Positions 1-9,411 of a stretch of DNA of 64,000 bases are shown here, piece after piece. The translations under genes were made by a program, and so were the position numbers. How positions within the stretch are numbered: position 1 is the first letter of the stretch; each line of letters opens with the position of its first letter. The DNA is from Planctomycetota bacterium. GTDB lineage: Bacteria > Planctomycetota > UBA11346. The stretch covers positions 14,517-78,516 of the forward strand of contig JBBRLJ010000027.1 in assembly GCA_038231435.1 (NCBI GenBank). Reading direction: 5' to 3'. The notes beneath the pieces are model-generated. The model was not told the DNA's origin, did no database searches, and saw nothing but the letters and a program-made list of their open reading frames with translations.

Positions 1-661
1 GCTGTTTCGTCGCGTCCAAGGTGCGTCCTGAGCCCAGCATCAGCCCGTCCTGCGGCTTCGGCGATTCACCGGCCGATCCGCCAGCCCGGATCGACTCGAC
101 GCGGAACGATTGCGCGGCGTCCGACTTGCCGGCGAACAGCATCGCCCTGGTGACCTTGGTGGGGTCGAGCGCGTACGCCGGCTTGCCCCACGAAAAACCG
201 AAGATCACCGTGACCGTGCCGGTGGCACCGGGCTCGAGATAGGCGACCTCGCCGTTCCACGGGTTCTTCTGCCAATCGCCATCGTTGTCGACGCGCAGGC
301 ACATGGACATCCGCTTCGCGCTGGTGTTCACCACCCGCGCTTCGACGTAGCCGAACGCGGAGAGATCCCACGCCGCGCCCTCGGGCTTGATCGCGATGCC
401 CGGGTAACCGTCTTGCCCGGGCTTGATCGCGACCTCGATCTGGGCGCCCTGGGCATCGACCCGGCGCATGAAGGTCACCTCCGTGGAGCTCGCCGATATC
501 CGCTGCTCGGACGCCGCCGAGCCGAGATCGATCAACGCCTGGCCGCCATCCTGGGTCGCCGCCTGGCAGGTCGCGCTGCCAGACATCAACATCAGGAGCA
601 GGAGGACAATCGGAGGAAGCCATGGCCGGTGGTGGCTGGGGAGGGAGTTCGAGGCGTGCAT
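1..661 (-). CDS. Exported carbohydrate-active protein, N-terminal part only (signal peptide + CBM-like beta-sandwich as found ahead of GH16/agarase-type catalytic domains); runs off the window edge
   Basis: Not in the ORF track because it has no stop in the window. Manual translation from ATG 661 (AAGGAG upstream): MHASNSLPSHHRPWLPPIVLLLLMLMSGSATCQA...GYPGIAIKPEGAAWDLSAFGYVEARVVN...LRVDNDGDWQKNPWNGE...VTVIFGFSWG; open to position 1. Confidence 0.7.
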   Translation of the reverse strand, partial: MHASNSLPSHHRPWLPPIVLLLLMLMSGSATCQAATQDGGQALIDLGSAASEQRISASSTEVTFMRRVDAQGAQIEVAIKPGQDGYPGIAIKPEGAAWDLSAFGYVEARVVNTSAKRMSMCLRVDNDGDWQKNPWNGEVAYLEPGATGTVTVIFGFSWGKPAYALDPTKVTRAMLFAGKSDAAQSFRVESIRAGGSAGESPKPQDGLMLGSGRTLDATKQ

Positions 662-675
662 CCGTAGGCTCCTTT

Positions 676-707
676 GTGCATGGGCTCGAGAGTGCATGGA
701 CTCGAGA
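676..707. repeat. Tandem 16-bp direct repeat
   Basis: GTGCATGGGCTCGAGA (676-691) followed directly by GTGCATGGACTCGAGA (692-707), 1 mismatch. Confidence 0.85.
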
Positions 708-730
708 TCGTCCGCTACGCAGATCTCTAC

Positions 731-745
731 AGACGTATATACAAC
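731..745. promoter_or_regulatory. Putative GntR/HutC-subfamily-type operator, copy 1
   Basis: AGACGTATATACAAC with palindromic GTATATAC core; 14/15 match to the reverse complement of 894-908. Confidence 0.55.
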
Positions 746-893
746 ATGTTGACCGCCATTCCAGCCCGCGCGGGCGATATGGGCTGTCGTCTGATTTTAA
801 CCCATGTTTTCAGAGCACTTTGTGTGTTTTTGTGAGCTAAACTGTAGCATCCACCGCTACGGGGCTGTCCGGTTCCTGTCTGGCCGTCGTCTA

Positions 894-908
894 GTTGTAT
901 ATACATCT
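894..908. promoter_or_regulatory. Putative GntR/HutC-subfamily-type operator, copy 2
   Basis: GTTGTATATACATCT (contains perfect palindrome TGTATATACA) just upstream of cassette 1. Confidence 0.55.
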
Positions 909-941
909 ATGGCTACCGTGTCCCCCTCCTGCCCTTGCCAC

Positions 942-1538
942 ATGCGCCTGGCCGTCCGCCGCGCCATGGCCCCGCGACCGGGTTTGCCCAGCTCGACCCG
1001 CGCGGCGCTCGCGGCGCGAAGCGCCTTCACCTTCATCGAGGTGCTGATGACGGTCTCGATCCTGGTGGTGCTCATGGGCCTGCTGCTGCCGGTCCTGAGC
1101 ATCGTCCGCGAACAGGTCCACCGCACGCGGGCGCGCGAACAGATCGCCGAGATCCACATGGCGCTGCAGCACTACGCCTCCGAGGAGCGCCGACACCGCT
1201 ACCCGACGCAATCCGACGACCTGTCACTGCGCTACGATCCGACCCGGGCAACGATCGAAAACCTGAACGCGCTGATACAAGGCGGCTACCAGATCGACAT
1301 GACCACCATCGACCGCAGCGTGTCGCCGCAGGTCATGCTCGATCCCTGGAAACGGCCGTACCGCTACCAGGTCGACAGCGACCTGTTCACCCTGCCGGGC
1401 GCGCAACGGCCCAAGGATTCGACCATCTGCCCAGCGTGGAACTCCAAGGGCGTGCGCCCGTTCGGGTACGTGTGGTCGTTGGGCAAGAAGGGCCAGGACG
1501 ACGGCAGCCAGTGGATCTACCAGAAGGACACCCAATGA
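942..1538 (+). CDS. Prepilin-type N-terminal cleavage/methylation protein, GspG-like (cassette 1, gene 1); start could be 909, 942 or 966
   Basis: RSA|FTFIEVLMTVSILVVLMGLLLPVL; LDPWKRPYRY; YVWSLG; stop overlaps next ATG (ATGA). Confidence 0.85.
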   Translation: MRLAVRRAMAPRPGLPSSTRAALAARSAFTFIEVLMTVSILVVLMGLLLPVLSIVREQVHRTRAREQIAEIHMALQHYASEERRHRYPTQSDDLSLRYDPTRATIENLNALIQGGYQIDMTTIDRSVSPQVMLDPWKRPYRYQVDSDLFTLPGAQRPKDSTICPAWNSKGVRPFGYVWSLGKKGQDDGSQWIYQKDTQ

Positions 1539-2767
1539 GCACCAAGCGCGGCTTCACCCTCATCGAACTGCTGATCGTGATCTCGATCCTCGCGATCATC
1601 ACCAGCTTCCTGTCGTCGCTCATCGGCATCGCCAGACGGCAGGCGATGATGACGAATACGCGCGCGATCCTGATGAAGGTCGATCAGGCAGTGCGCCTGT
1701 TCCGCAACGAGACGAAGATCTACCCGCACCAGACCGACCTGTCGCAGGCGGACACCGATCCCTCGCAGTGGACCAACAACCTGGCATTCCGCCTGGCGTG
1801 GAAGCCGGCGGACGCGGCCGAGCGTTCGAGCTACATGGCCAAGTTCCAGGCGGATCTGTCCGAGATCAACCGCCGCTTCGTGTATCTCGACGGCAACCGC
1901 GCCAATCCCATGAACGGCAGCCACGCCTTCCACGTCGAGAATCCGGGCACCACGGGCCGGACCAACATCATGATCTCGCCGGGGACCTTCGGCATCGTGC
2001 CCGACGCCAATTTCACCATCCAGAATGGCGGAGCCCAAGGCGCCATCGTGCGCGGCGACATGGCGCTCACCCAGGGCTTGGTGCTGTCGCGCCTGGCGGC
2101 CGAGATCACCTGCATGCGCTACATGTCCGGTTGCCTCGACCGCTCCGCCACCGTTCCATCCCCGCTCGCCACGCTCGAGGCGCCGCAGGGCATCCTGCCG
2201 ACCGATCTCGACAGCCGGGGCGCCAGAAAGTATCCCTTCGAGGATACGCGGTACGCCATCCTGAACTACGGTCCCATCGGCTACCGCTACGTCCCGTACA
2301 ACCGCGAGAGCGACGTCGGCTTCGGCAACGACAAGCGCGGCCCGGTGCTGACCGCGGCCACCGCGCAGGCCAGCGGCTTCCGCGCCGATTACCTCGCGGA
2401 TGCGCTGCGCAGGCGCGTCCCCGGAGGACGCATAGGCGAGATCGATGAATCCGGATCCGCCATCCTCGATGCGTACGGGCAGCCCTTGATCTACGTCTGC
2501 TCCGTGGCCCCCGGCGCGCGCGCCTACACCCACGCATCGGACGAGGGTGGATCCACCGCCGACGAGCACCGCTATGGCATGGGCCCGAGCGGACGCGAGG
2601 CCACGACCTCGATGGATTCGGATGTGCGCACCACCGCCGACGCGCCGTTCACGCTCGAGTTCGAGCTGTGGAGCGCCGGTCCGGACGGCAAATTCTCCCA
2701 CCGGCGCGACGATCCGGTCAACCGCGACAACATCGCGCTGCTGCGCTACACCAAGGGCCTGCGGTGA
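1535..2767 (+). CDS. Prepilin-type protein, GspG-like with a large insertion (cassette 1, gene 2)
   Basis: MSTKRG|FTLIELLIVISILAII; ILDAYGQPLIY; ELWSAGPDGK...DNI C-terminal GspG-like motif; ATGA coupling. Confidence 0.9.
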   Translation: MSTKRGFTLIELLIVISILAIITSFLSSLIGIARRQAMMTNTRAILMKVDQAVRLFRNETKIYPHQTDLSQADTDPSQWTNNLAFRLAWKPADAAERSSYMAKFQADLSEINRRFVYLDGNRANPMNGSHAFHVENPGTTGRTNIMISPGTFGIVPDANFTIQNGGAQGAIVRGDMALTQGLVLSRLAAEITCMRYMSGCLDRSATVPSPLATLEAPQGILPTDLDSRGARKYPFEDTRYAILNYGPIGYRYVPYNRESDVGFGNDKRGPVLTAATAQASGFRADYLADALRRRVPGGRIGEIDESGSAILDAYGQPLIYVCSVAPGARAYTHASDEGGSTADEHRYGMGPSGREATTSMDSDVRTTADAPFTLEFELWSAGPDGKFSHRRDDPVNRDNIALLRYTKGLR

Positions 2768-4209
2768 GGTTGCGAGCGGTGAAGGGCTCTGCGTCGGAAG
2801 GCCGAGCACTGATTCGCTCACCGACGCCACGCTCTGGAGGCTTCAGCCTGCTGGAGCTGCTGGTGGTGATCAGCGTCATGCTGGTGATCTTCGGTCTGAT
2901 CGGATCCTCGTTCGCCCGCAAGGATTCGCGCCGCCAGGCGGTGATGACCTCGGCCGAGGAACTGGCCGCGACGTTCCGACGGGCGCGTGCGATGGCGGTC
3001 GACCGCAAGGCGACCTTCGCAGTGGTATTCAACATCCAGAACGATCCGGATTCGTCGGGTCGCGTCTTGAACAACCGCAGCGGTGGGCACTGGTACCGCA
3101 TCCTGCGGCCTCCGAGCACCGGCGACCAGAACACCATCGACAACATCCCCGATTTCCCCACGTCGATCTTCGGACCGTACACGGTGTGCGACTACAAGGC
3201 CAACGTCACCTCCTGCTGGATGGACGACACGCACGTGCTACCAGCGCGGAAAGTACGCTTCCTGTCGTTGACCGACATGGACTGGGGCGATTTCACCGGC
3301 CAGGACTGGCAGAGCTACGGTCGCAGGCCGGGCGCGGGCGGCAGCCAGACCTTTCCGCGGCCGTGGTTCGGCTGGTGGGACGGCGCCACCAAGCGACTCT
3401 ACCCGTGGGGCGGCTACGATCCCGCCATCGCACCGAGCGGCTTCTACTTCTGGGGCAATGCGAACGCGCCGAGCGGCTATTACAACATTCAAGGCGTCCG
3501 CGATCCCATCGCGCCCACTGTCTGCCGCAACACCTGCGATCGCTATCTCGACCATTGGGTGGTGTGCAACACCAACCCGCCGCGCAACCCCGAGGGCGTC
3601 GGAACCGATCTCCTGTACGCCAACGGCTCGCCCAGGCCGCTGCTGAACGCCGACTGGCGAGACGCCTCGCTGCTGTTCCTGAGCGACGGCTCGGTGCGCT
3701 GGGGCGGCTGGCTGCCAGCCCGCCATCTCCGCGATTATTCCGGCCCGAACCAGCGCGGCGTTCCCGAGCGCTGCAACGCCCAGCCCGGCGGATTCGGCGG
3801 CCCGAATCATCATACCAAAACCGAGGCCAGCAACTTCGACCAGGACAGCGGCGGCTGGTTCATCACCCTGGCTCCCGATGCCGACACCGACAAGGACACC
3901 TTCGAAACCGCCAAGGACGCGCTCGATTCGCTGATGCCGATGGTCAGAGTGTTCGTGTCGAAATTCGGCGAGGTGCGCGTCATCCCGGTGTCGCGCACGC
4001 CGAAGTTCGCTGGCACCGCGCCGTTCCCGACCACGGCCAACTGGTACAACACTGGTTCGAACGTCCAGCGCGAGTTCGGCATGGACCGCGTGGTCGACCG
4101 TAGTGTCAGCGCTTCCGATGGCACTGGACTCGGCAGGGTCGTCGGCGCGCCCATCACCGACTTCATCACCCCGGACATGCTCGCCAAGCGCCAGGTGTGG
4201 ATGAGATGA
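2764..4209 (+). CDS. Prepilin-type protein, GspH/FimT-like (cassette 1, gene 3)
   Basis: GTGA overlap; GG|FSLLELLVVISVMLVIFG; SAEELAATFRRARAMAV..K.TFAVVFN typical of FimT/GspH. Confidence 0.88.
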   Translation: MRLRAVKGSASEGRALIRSPTPRSGGFSLLELLVVISVMLVIFGLIGSSFARKDSRRQAVMTSAEELAATFRRARAMAVDRKATFAVVFNIQNDPDSSGRVLNNRSGGHWYRILRPPSTGDQNTIDNIPDFPTSIFGPYTVCDYKANVTSCWMDDTHVLPARKVRFLSLTDMDWGDFTGQDWQSYGRRPGAGGSQTFPRPWFGWWDGATKRLYPWGGYDPAIAPSGFYFWGNANAPSGYYNIQGVRDPIAPTVCRNTCDRYLDHWVVCNTNPPRNPEGVGTDLLYANGSPRPLLNADWRDASLLFLSDGSVRWGGWLPARHLRDYSGPNQRGVPERCNAQPGGFGGPNHHTKTEASNFDQDSGGWFITLAPDADTDKDTFETAKDALDSLMPMVRVFVSKFGEVRVIPVSRTPKFAGTAPFPTTANWYNTGSNVQREFGMDRVVDRSVSASDGTGLGRVVGAPITDFITPDMLAKRQVWMR

Positions 4210-4847
4210 CCAGCGCGTACCCACCAGACCTGCCCGCGCGGATCCCCACGCCTTCGCCCACGAGGGCGTTGCGATCCGGCTTCACCCTCATCGAGATCAT
4301 CGCCAGCGTGCTGCTGTTCTCGTTGGGCGCGATGGCCGTGATCGGCGTGGTGATGTACGGACTGTCGTCGGCGATGAAGGCCCAGGCCGGCGCCACCGCG
4401 TGGGCGACGGCGCTGGCCGTGGTGAAGGATCCGCTGCCGCTCGGCGCGGTGTCCGCGTCCAATGGCACGCTCACCCCGTGGACCTGGACCTCTTCGGGCG
4501 CGTCGTGGAGCGCCAACGACGGTTCCGCAGATCCCGCGTGGACATACACCTCGTGGCCCCTGAATCTGGCCTCGGACGTGCTCGTCCCCGACATGGCGGA
4601 TCCCATCGCCAACAATCCGGCGATCTTCTCGCTACGCGGCGCGCCCGCGGTCGGCTGCGCGCACGGCTGGCTGAACGGCTACTACGTCGAACGCCGCGAG
4701 CAGTCGCGTGCCTCGGACCGCATCGGCCGAGCCACGCGCATCGTCGAAGTGCGCGTCGACGTCTACTGGGCATCCTACGGAGCGGCGAGCGACGGGCGCC
4801 GCCTCGCGACCGTGACCGACCGCGTCGTTCGGCAAGGCGACCTGTGA
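4206..4847 (+). CDS. Prepilin-type protein, PilV/GspI-like (cassette 1, gene 4)
   Basis: ATGA overlap; SG|FTLIEIIASVLLFSLGAMAVIG; C-terminal IVEVRVDVYW strand. Confidence 0.88.
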   Translation: MTSAYPPDLPARIPTPSPTRALRSGFTLIEIIASVLLFSLGAMAVIGVVMYGLSSAMKAQAGATAWATALAVVKDPLPLGAVSASNGTLTPWTWTSSGASWSANDGSADPAWTYTSWPLNLASDVLVPDMADPIANNPAIFSLRGAPAVGCAHGWLNGYYVERREQSRASDRIGRATRIVEVRVDVYWASYGAASDGRRLATVTDRVVRQGDL

Positions 4848-5890
4848 TGGATCCATCGAAGCCCGGTGCCGATCGCCTCGGCCGTGTCCCGACCAGGGGC
4901 CTGGGCCTCACGCTCATCGAACTGCTGGTGTCGATCGGACTGGGCGTGGTCCTCGTCGGCTTGGCGTACTCGGCATTCACCCGCGTGAAGGCCAGCACCG
5001 AGCGCGCGACCGTGCGGGTGGACCTGCACGCCTCTGCGTCGGTCCTACGCTCGCACATGCAGCGGGATTTCGGCAACCTCGCTCCGAGCCTCGCGTTCTT
5101 CGCGCGCAGCCGGCCGCAAGTCGTCGACGCATCCAACCCGTCGCGCAAGACCGATACCATCGAGGTGGTGTTCATGCTCACCACCGCGCCGCTGGTCAGC
5201 CAGTCGAATTTCGGGGAACAGTTCAAGTCCGACTACCACTGGGTGCGGTGGCGCTTCGTGCGCGCGTGGCGCGACGTCGCCGGTACGTGGAAACCGATCG
5301 GCGGCCGCCTCTACCGATCGAGCAGCAGGCCTTCACGCTCGTGGAGGACCCTGTCCAACGCCACCGCGTTCAAGGCGCCGGGGCCCCTGATCGATCCCGT
5401 ACCGGGATACCAGCAATGGACGAGCTACGCGGGCCGCGAGTGGTTCAACATGCCGCGACCGCTGCGCGACGCGTCGCAGGGCATCGAGTCGCTCGAGAAC
5501 AACCGCTACGGCATGGACACCACCGTGGTCGATCCCACCTCGGCCCCCCTCAACCGCACCACCGCCGCGTACGGCGACATCGGCGATCTCACCGATCTCG
5601 ACAGTACCGAGGAATTGGTGACCGACCGCATGCGCGACTTCGCCATCGGCTGGGTCGATGCCCATGGCGCCGTGACCACCCTCTCCACTGGAGTCGCCGC
5701 CGACCACCGCATCGACGGTCTGTACGTCGACGTCACCGGCCCCGCCGGGAATCCAGCCCTCGCCCAACTCGCCCGCCGTCCGCGAGTCATGCGCGTCGCC
5801 TTCGGCCTGGCGGATGGCAAGACCGGCATCGCCCAGGATTTCTCGTTCTCGGTGGCGACGCCGGGGCTCCAGCCCCAGATCGGACAGTGA
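4847..5890 (+). CDS. Prepilin-type protein, PilW/GspJ-like (cassette 1, gene 5)
   Basis: TGATG overlap; LG|LTLIELLVSIGLGVVLVGLAYSAF; MQRDF; C-terminal RPRVMRVAFGL...QDFSFSV. Confidence 0.88.
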   Translation: MDPSKPGADRLGRVPTRGLGLTLIELLVSIGLGVVLVGLAYSAFTRVKASTERATVRVDLHASASVLRSHMQRDFGNLAPSLAFFARSRPQVVDASNPSRKTDTIEVVFMLTTAPLVSQSNFGEQFKSDYHWVRWRFVRAWRDVAGTWKPIGGRLYRSSSRPSRSWRTLSNATAFKAPGPLIDPVPGYQQWTSYAGREWFNMPRPLRDASQGIESLENNRYGMDTTVVDPTSAPLNRTTAAYGDIGDLTDLDSTEELVTDRMRDFAIGWVDAHGAVTTLSTGVAADHRIDGLYVDVTGPAGNPALAQLARRPRVMRVAFGLADGKTGIAQDFSFSVATPGLQPQIGQ

Positions 5891-5969
5891 GTCCGGCTCT
5901 TCCACCCTCGCGATCGATTCCAGATGCCTCAGCTATTTCCGCTATTTTCCGCTGCAGCACGGAGCCCTC

Positions 5970-8900
5970 ATGCCACATCCCGACACCATCCAGATGCCGA
6001 CGATGCCTCGCCACGGCACCATCCTGCTGATCATGCTCGGCCTGATCATGGTGATGATCATGGTCGCGTTCGGCTTCGTCAGGTCGATGCAGATCTCGCG
6101 CGGCACCATCCAGATGCAGCACAAGGACGAGTTGGCGTCGCTCGCGGCGGACATGGGCATGAGCCATGCCATCGCGGTATGCATGCAGGAATACGCGATG
6201 GACTCCGAGAAGGTGGACGGCGCGACGCGCACCGGCACGGCGGTGAAGACCCGTCCCGACGGTCCGACCAGCAACGTGTTCAACATCATGTCGCCGCGCG
6301 TGAACACCCAGCTGCCGATCCAGCCGCCGCAGGCGTACGACCTGGCTCCCGACGTCCCTTTCAATGACCTGTTCAACAACTTCGGCGGGAAGTACCACTG
6401 GTGGACATCCAAGGTCTCCGGATTCACCTCGGGCTTCACCATGAGGCGCGGTTATGCCCGCCTGTTCGAAGCCAACCGCTTCGACTTCGACGGATCCAAG
6501 GTCTACGATCCGGCGTCTTACGACGATTTCGATCCCAACCGCCCGCCGCTCTTCCTCAAGGCGGTGCAGCCGGTCCCCGGTGGCGTCAGCACGCCGTTCC
6601 CACCGGTGGACCCGTTCCTGCGCGGATCCTACGCTCCTGGCCGCTCGGCCCCCGTGCACCCGCTCGACCACCCGGTGTGGCTCGACTCCGAGTTCCTCCC
6701 GGTGAAGGACGTCAACGAGGCGCGCTACCGGCTGCGCTACGCGGTCACGGTCACCGACATGTCCGCCGCGCTGTGGATGAACACCGACATGCCCTGGCTG
6801 GACGACGCCACCAAGGCGAAGGTACGCAAAAGCTACAAGGACTCGATCGAAGCCGTCGGCGTCCAGCTCGTCTCCCTCAACATCCAGAACGGCACGGCGG
6901 AGATCAAGACACGGTACCCGCTCACCCTCGAGAGCATCTTCCTCGGCTACGGGACGATCGGGAATTCGCAATTCCCTGACCGCGACGGCAAGCCAAAGGA
7001 TTGGCCGACGCGCACCACCGATGGCTTCGCCACGCCGCTCGCGACCCCGGCGCACATGGCCTACCGCTCGAATTACGTGTTCTGGGGTTCGGACATCGCG
7101 CGCGAATTCTACTGCGTCCTCGGCAGCCCATACATGCGGTGGTTCGATCCGCCGGGCACGTGGCTGGGCAGTCCGCTGGCATCATACACGGATCTCGGCT
7201 TCTCGGTGCTGGGCTACGGCAGCGACTGGCCGCACGCGGGAGAAGGCGCCGGCGCGCGGGCCGATGATTTCGCGCAGCGCGCGGGCACGCCCTTCGGCCA
7301 CCCTTACGAGAGCTACGCTCCGCCGCGGGCGCGCGGCGAGGCCCATCCGTGGACCGTGAACGTCCTGACCGTGCCGGCGCGCGTCCTCCAGGCGATGGTC
7401 AGCGCGTACGTGCCTCCGGCCATGCGCGGGGTGCTCATCTCGAGCGAGGACCACATCCCCTTCTACGAATACGTCGACGGCTCGCTCAACGTGAACCGCA
7501 ACTGGGGCACCGCCGGGCAGATCCGCTACGGCGCTTCCACCTGGACCGGCAATTCGTGGAGCATCAGCGTCGCCGATGCCGTTGCCTCAGGCTTGAGCGT
7601 AGCGGGGAGCGGCATCGACCTGTTCACCGACTCGCTGACCCCGTACGGCCAGGTGCCGTTCAGCTACCCCGCGCCGGCGAACCGCGATTATTGGGGTTCG
7701 GATCCCGCCGCGCGTCCCGATCCGACACCAGCGGCGGACATGCGCACCAATGCGCAGCGTTATCCCGGCGCAGCGTTCTTCAGCCGCGCCGACGAGATCG
7801 AGGCGAACCGCATGACCCAGTGGAAGAACGTCGCCGCGGATCCGCGGCAGGTCGAGAGCGAAGGCTCGGGGAGCAGGATCCCGGCTGCCGGGGTAGGCGT
7901 CGACCATCTCGCCCGACATATCGTCTTCTACATTCCGGACACGCCGGTCCCGACTCCGGGATCGAGCCGGAACTACCTGACGTCGAATGCCGGACTCAAC
8001 GCCAACTGGGCATGGGATTTCACGCCCGCCATGCCGCTGGGCAGCATCTGGGGGCCGCCGGGCAGCTGCGCGGGCATGAGCCTGTACCTGCCATCGAGCG
8101 AGACGCTCGAGCTCCCGGGCGCGGTACCGATCGCCCCCAATGGCGAGGTCTACCCGAACTACCCCACCGACGGGACCGGTCCGGCCCTGCTGAGCGCGCC
8201 GCTCGCCGCGCGTCCAGGCGTGCAGACGCCCACCGGTTGGCGCGTCATCCGCCACGCCGGCAGTGGCTCGACCGATCCGGTCACCACCGCGCGCAATTCC
8301 TATTGGCAGCGCCTCACGCTCGCGTTCCTGCACGCCGTGGTGGTCGCGCAGACCGCGAATCTGGCGTGGGCCGACCCGCAGGACAACCGCAGCCAATCCA
8401 TCTGGCAGCCGATCGGCGGCGGGTTCACCGGCGGACCGACCTACAACACCAATCCCAATTCCACAGCGACCATCGTGCGCAAGGCGCCTGGCCTGGATCC
8501 GAAGGCATCCGACTTCGACGCGCTCGAGCAGATCGATCGCCAATTCCTCGCGAACCTCGGCGAAAGCTTCGAACACGCCGGCGCCGAGACACCCACAGTC
8601 GCGCTCAGGGAGCGCCCACCGCGCTACCTGCGCTATCAATGCCAGTCCATTCCCTATCCCGGACCAGCGACATTCGATATCGGCACCCTGACCAACGTCG
8701 CCGAGTACCGCGTCACCAACAACATCCGCACGCTGTTGACCCCGGTCGACGGCACGCAGCTGACCGCGAGCAGCCGCGACGACCAAGCTCCGGGCGCGGT
8801 ACCGCGCAGCCTCTGGCTGCTCGACGAATGGAACGCGCTCAACGATCCCACCTACGTTCCCGGTACCGCGGTGGGTACCCAGCCGACCGCGCTCGCGCGC

Positions 8901-9392
8901 GCCAGGGCGAAACTGATGGAGCGCACGCTGAACGATTGGCGCATGAGCTTCCTCGGCGCGACCAGGGAATACGCCGCGAGCTTCCGTCCCAAGGACTTCG
9001 ACGGCGACCACATCGTCTTCTGCAGCGGCTACCTCAACGGCAGCGCGGCGGATCCCGACACCGGGCTCTCGTGCTGGGAACCGGCGACCGCGGTCGGCGG
9101 CAGCGACGGCCCCGGTGTCTCTGATCAACGCCCGCTGACGATCTTCTCGGTCACCGGCAGCCTCGCCTTCATGCGCAGCCATCACTACAAGATCGAGGTG
9201 CGCGGCGAACTGTTCGACAACGCGCTCGACAAGGCGGTGAACGAGAAATACCTCGAAGCGGCGATCCTGATCGACCCGGACAACAACATCGTGCGCGGCG
9301 GCCTGCCCAGCGGGCTCGAGGATACCACGATCATGATGCAGAAACCGGTCCACAACTATTATCGAGGCTATCTCGACCAGTCGTACCCGTGA
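5970..9392 (+). CDS. Giant (~1140 aa) PilX/GspK-like pilin lacking Glu5, putative tip adhesin (cassette 1, gene 6)
   Basis: GGAG RBS at 5961; RHG|TILLIMLGLIMVMIMVAFGF; A..AA..G..HA helix; DFDGD motif; C-terminal YKIEVRGELFD. Confidence 0.82.
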   Translation: MPHPDTIQMPTMPRHGTILLIMLGLIMVMIMVAFGFVRSMQISRGTIQMQHKDELASLAADMGMSHAIAVCMQEYAMDSEKVDGATRTGTAVKTRPDGPTSNVFNIMSPRVNTQLPIQPPQAYDLAPDVPFNDLFNNFGGKYHWWTSKVSGFTSGFTMRRGYARLFEANRFDFDGSKVYDPASYDDFDPNRPPLFLKAVQPVPGGVSTPFPPVDPFLRGSYAPGRSAPVHPLDHPVWLDSEFLPVKDVNEARYRLRYAVTVTDMSAALWMNTDMPWLDDATKAKVRKSYKDSIEAVGVQLVSLNIQNGTAEIKTRYPLTLESIFLGYGTIGNSQFPDRDGKPKDWPTRTTDGFATPLATPAHMAYRSNYVFWGSDIAREFYCVLGSPYMRWFDPPGTWLGSPLASYTDLGFSVLGYGSDWPHAGEGAGARADDFAQRAGTPFGHPYESYAPPRARGEAHPWTVNVLTVPARVLQAMVSAYVPPAMRGVLISSEDHIPFYEYVDGSLNVNRNWGTAGQIRYGASTWTGNSWSISVADAVASGLSVAGSGIDLFTDSLTPYGQVPFSYPAPANRDYWGSDPAARPDPTPAADMRTNAQRYPGAAFFSRADEIEANRMTQWKNVAADPRQVESEGSGSRIPAAGVGVDHLARHIVFYIPDTPVPTPGSSRNYLTSNAGLNANWAWDFTPAMPLGSIWGPPGSCAGMSLYLPSSETLELPGAVPIAPNGEVYPNYPTDGTGPALLSAPLAARPGVQTPTGWRVIRHAGSGSTDPVTTARNSYWQRLTLAFLHAVVVAQTANLAWADPQDNRSQSIWQPIGGGFTGGPTYNTNPNSTATIVRKAPGLDPKASDFDALEQIDRQFLANLGESFEHAGAETPTVALRERPPRYLRYQCQSIPYPGPATFDIGTLTNVAEYRVTNNIRTLLTPVDGTQLTASSRDDQAPGAVPRSLWLLDEWNALNDPTYVPGTAVGTQPTALARARAKLMERTLNDWRMSFLGATREYAASFRPKDFDGDHIVFCSGYLNGSAADPDTGLSCWEPATAVGGSDGPGVSDQRPLTIFSVTGSLAFMRSHHYKIEVRGELFDNALDKAVNEKYLEAAILIDPDNNIVRGGLPSGLEDTTIMMQKPVHNYYRGYLDQSYP

Positions 9393-9411
9393 GCTCAGCG
9401 CCGATATCCGT

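Noticed and set aside
935..1534. N-terminal 200 aa of ORF 935-2767 and similar upstream extensions (2668, 4400, 5814, 28516, 36852, 42827, 59478, 60437, 60874, 63428)
   Set aside because: Arg/Pro-rich read-through, mostly overlapping the upstream gene. True starts are marked by ATGA/GTGA coupling, an RBS, or prepilin/signal motifs.
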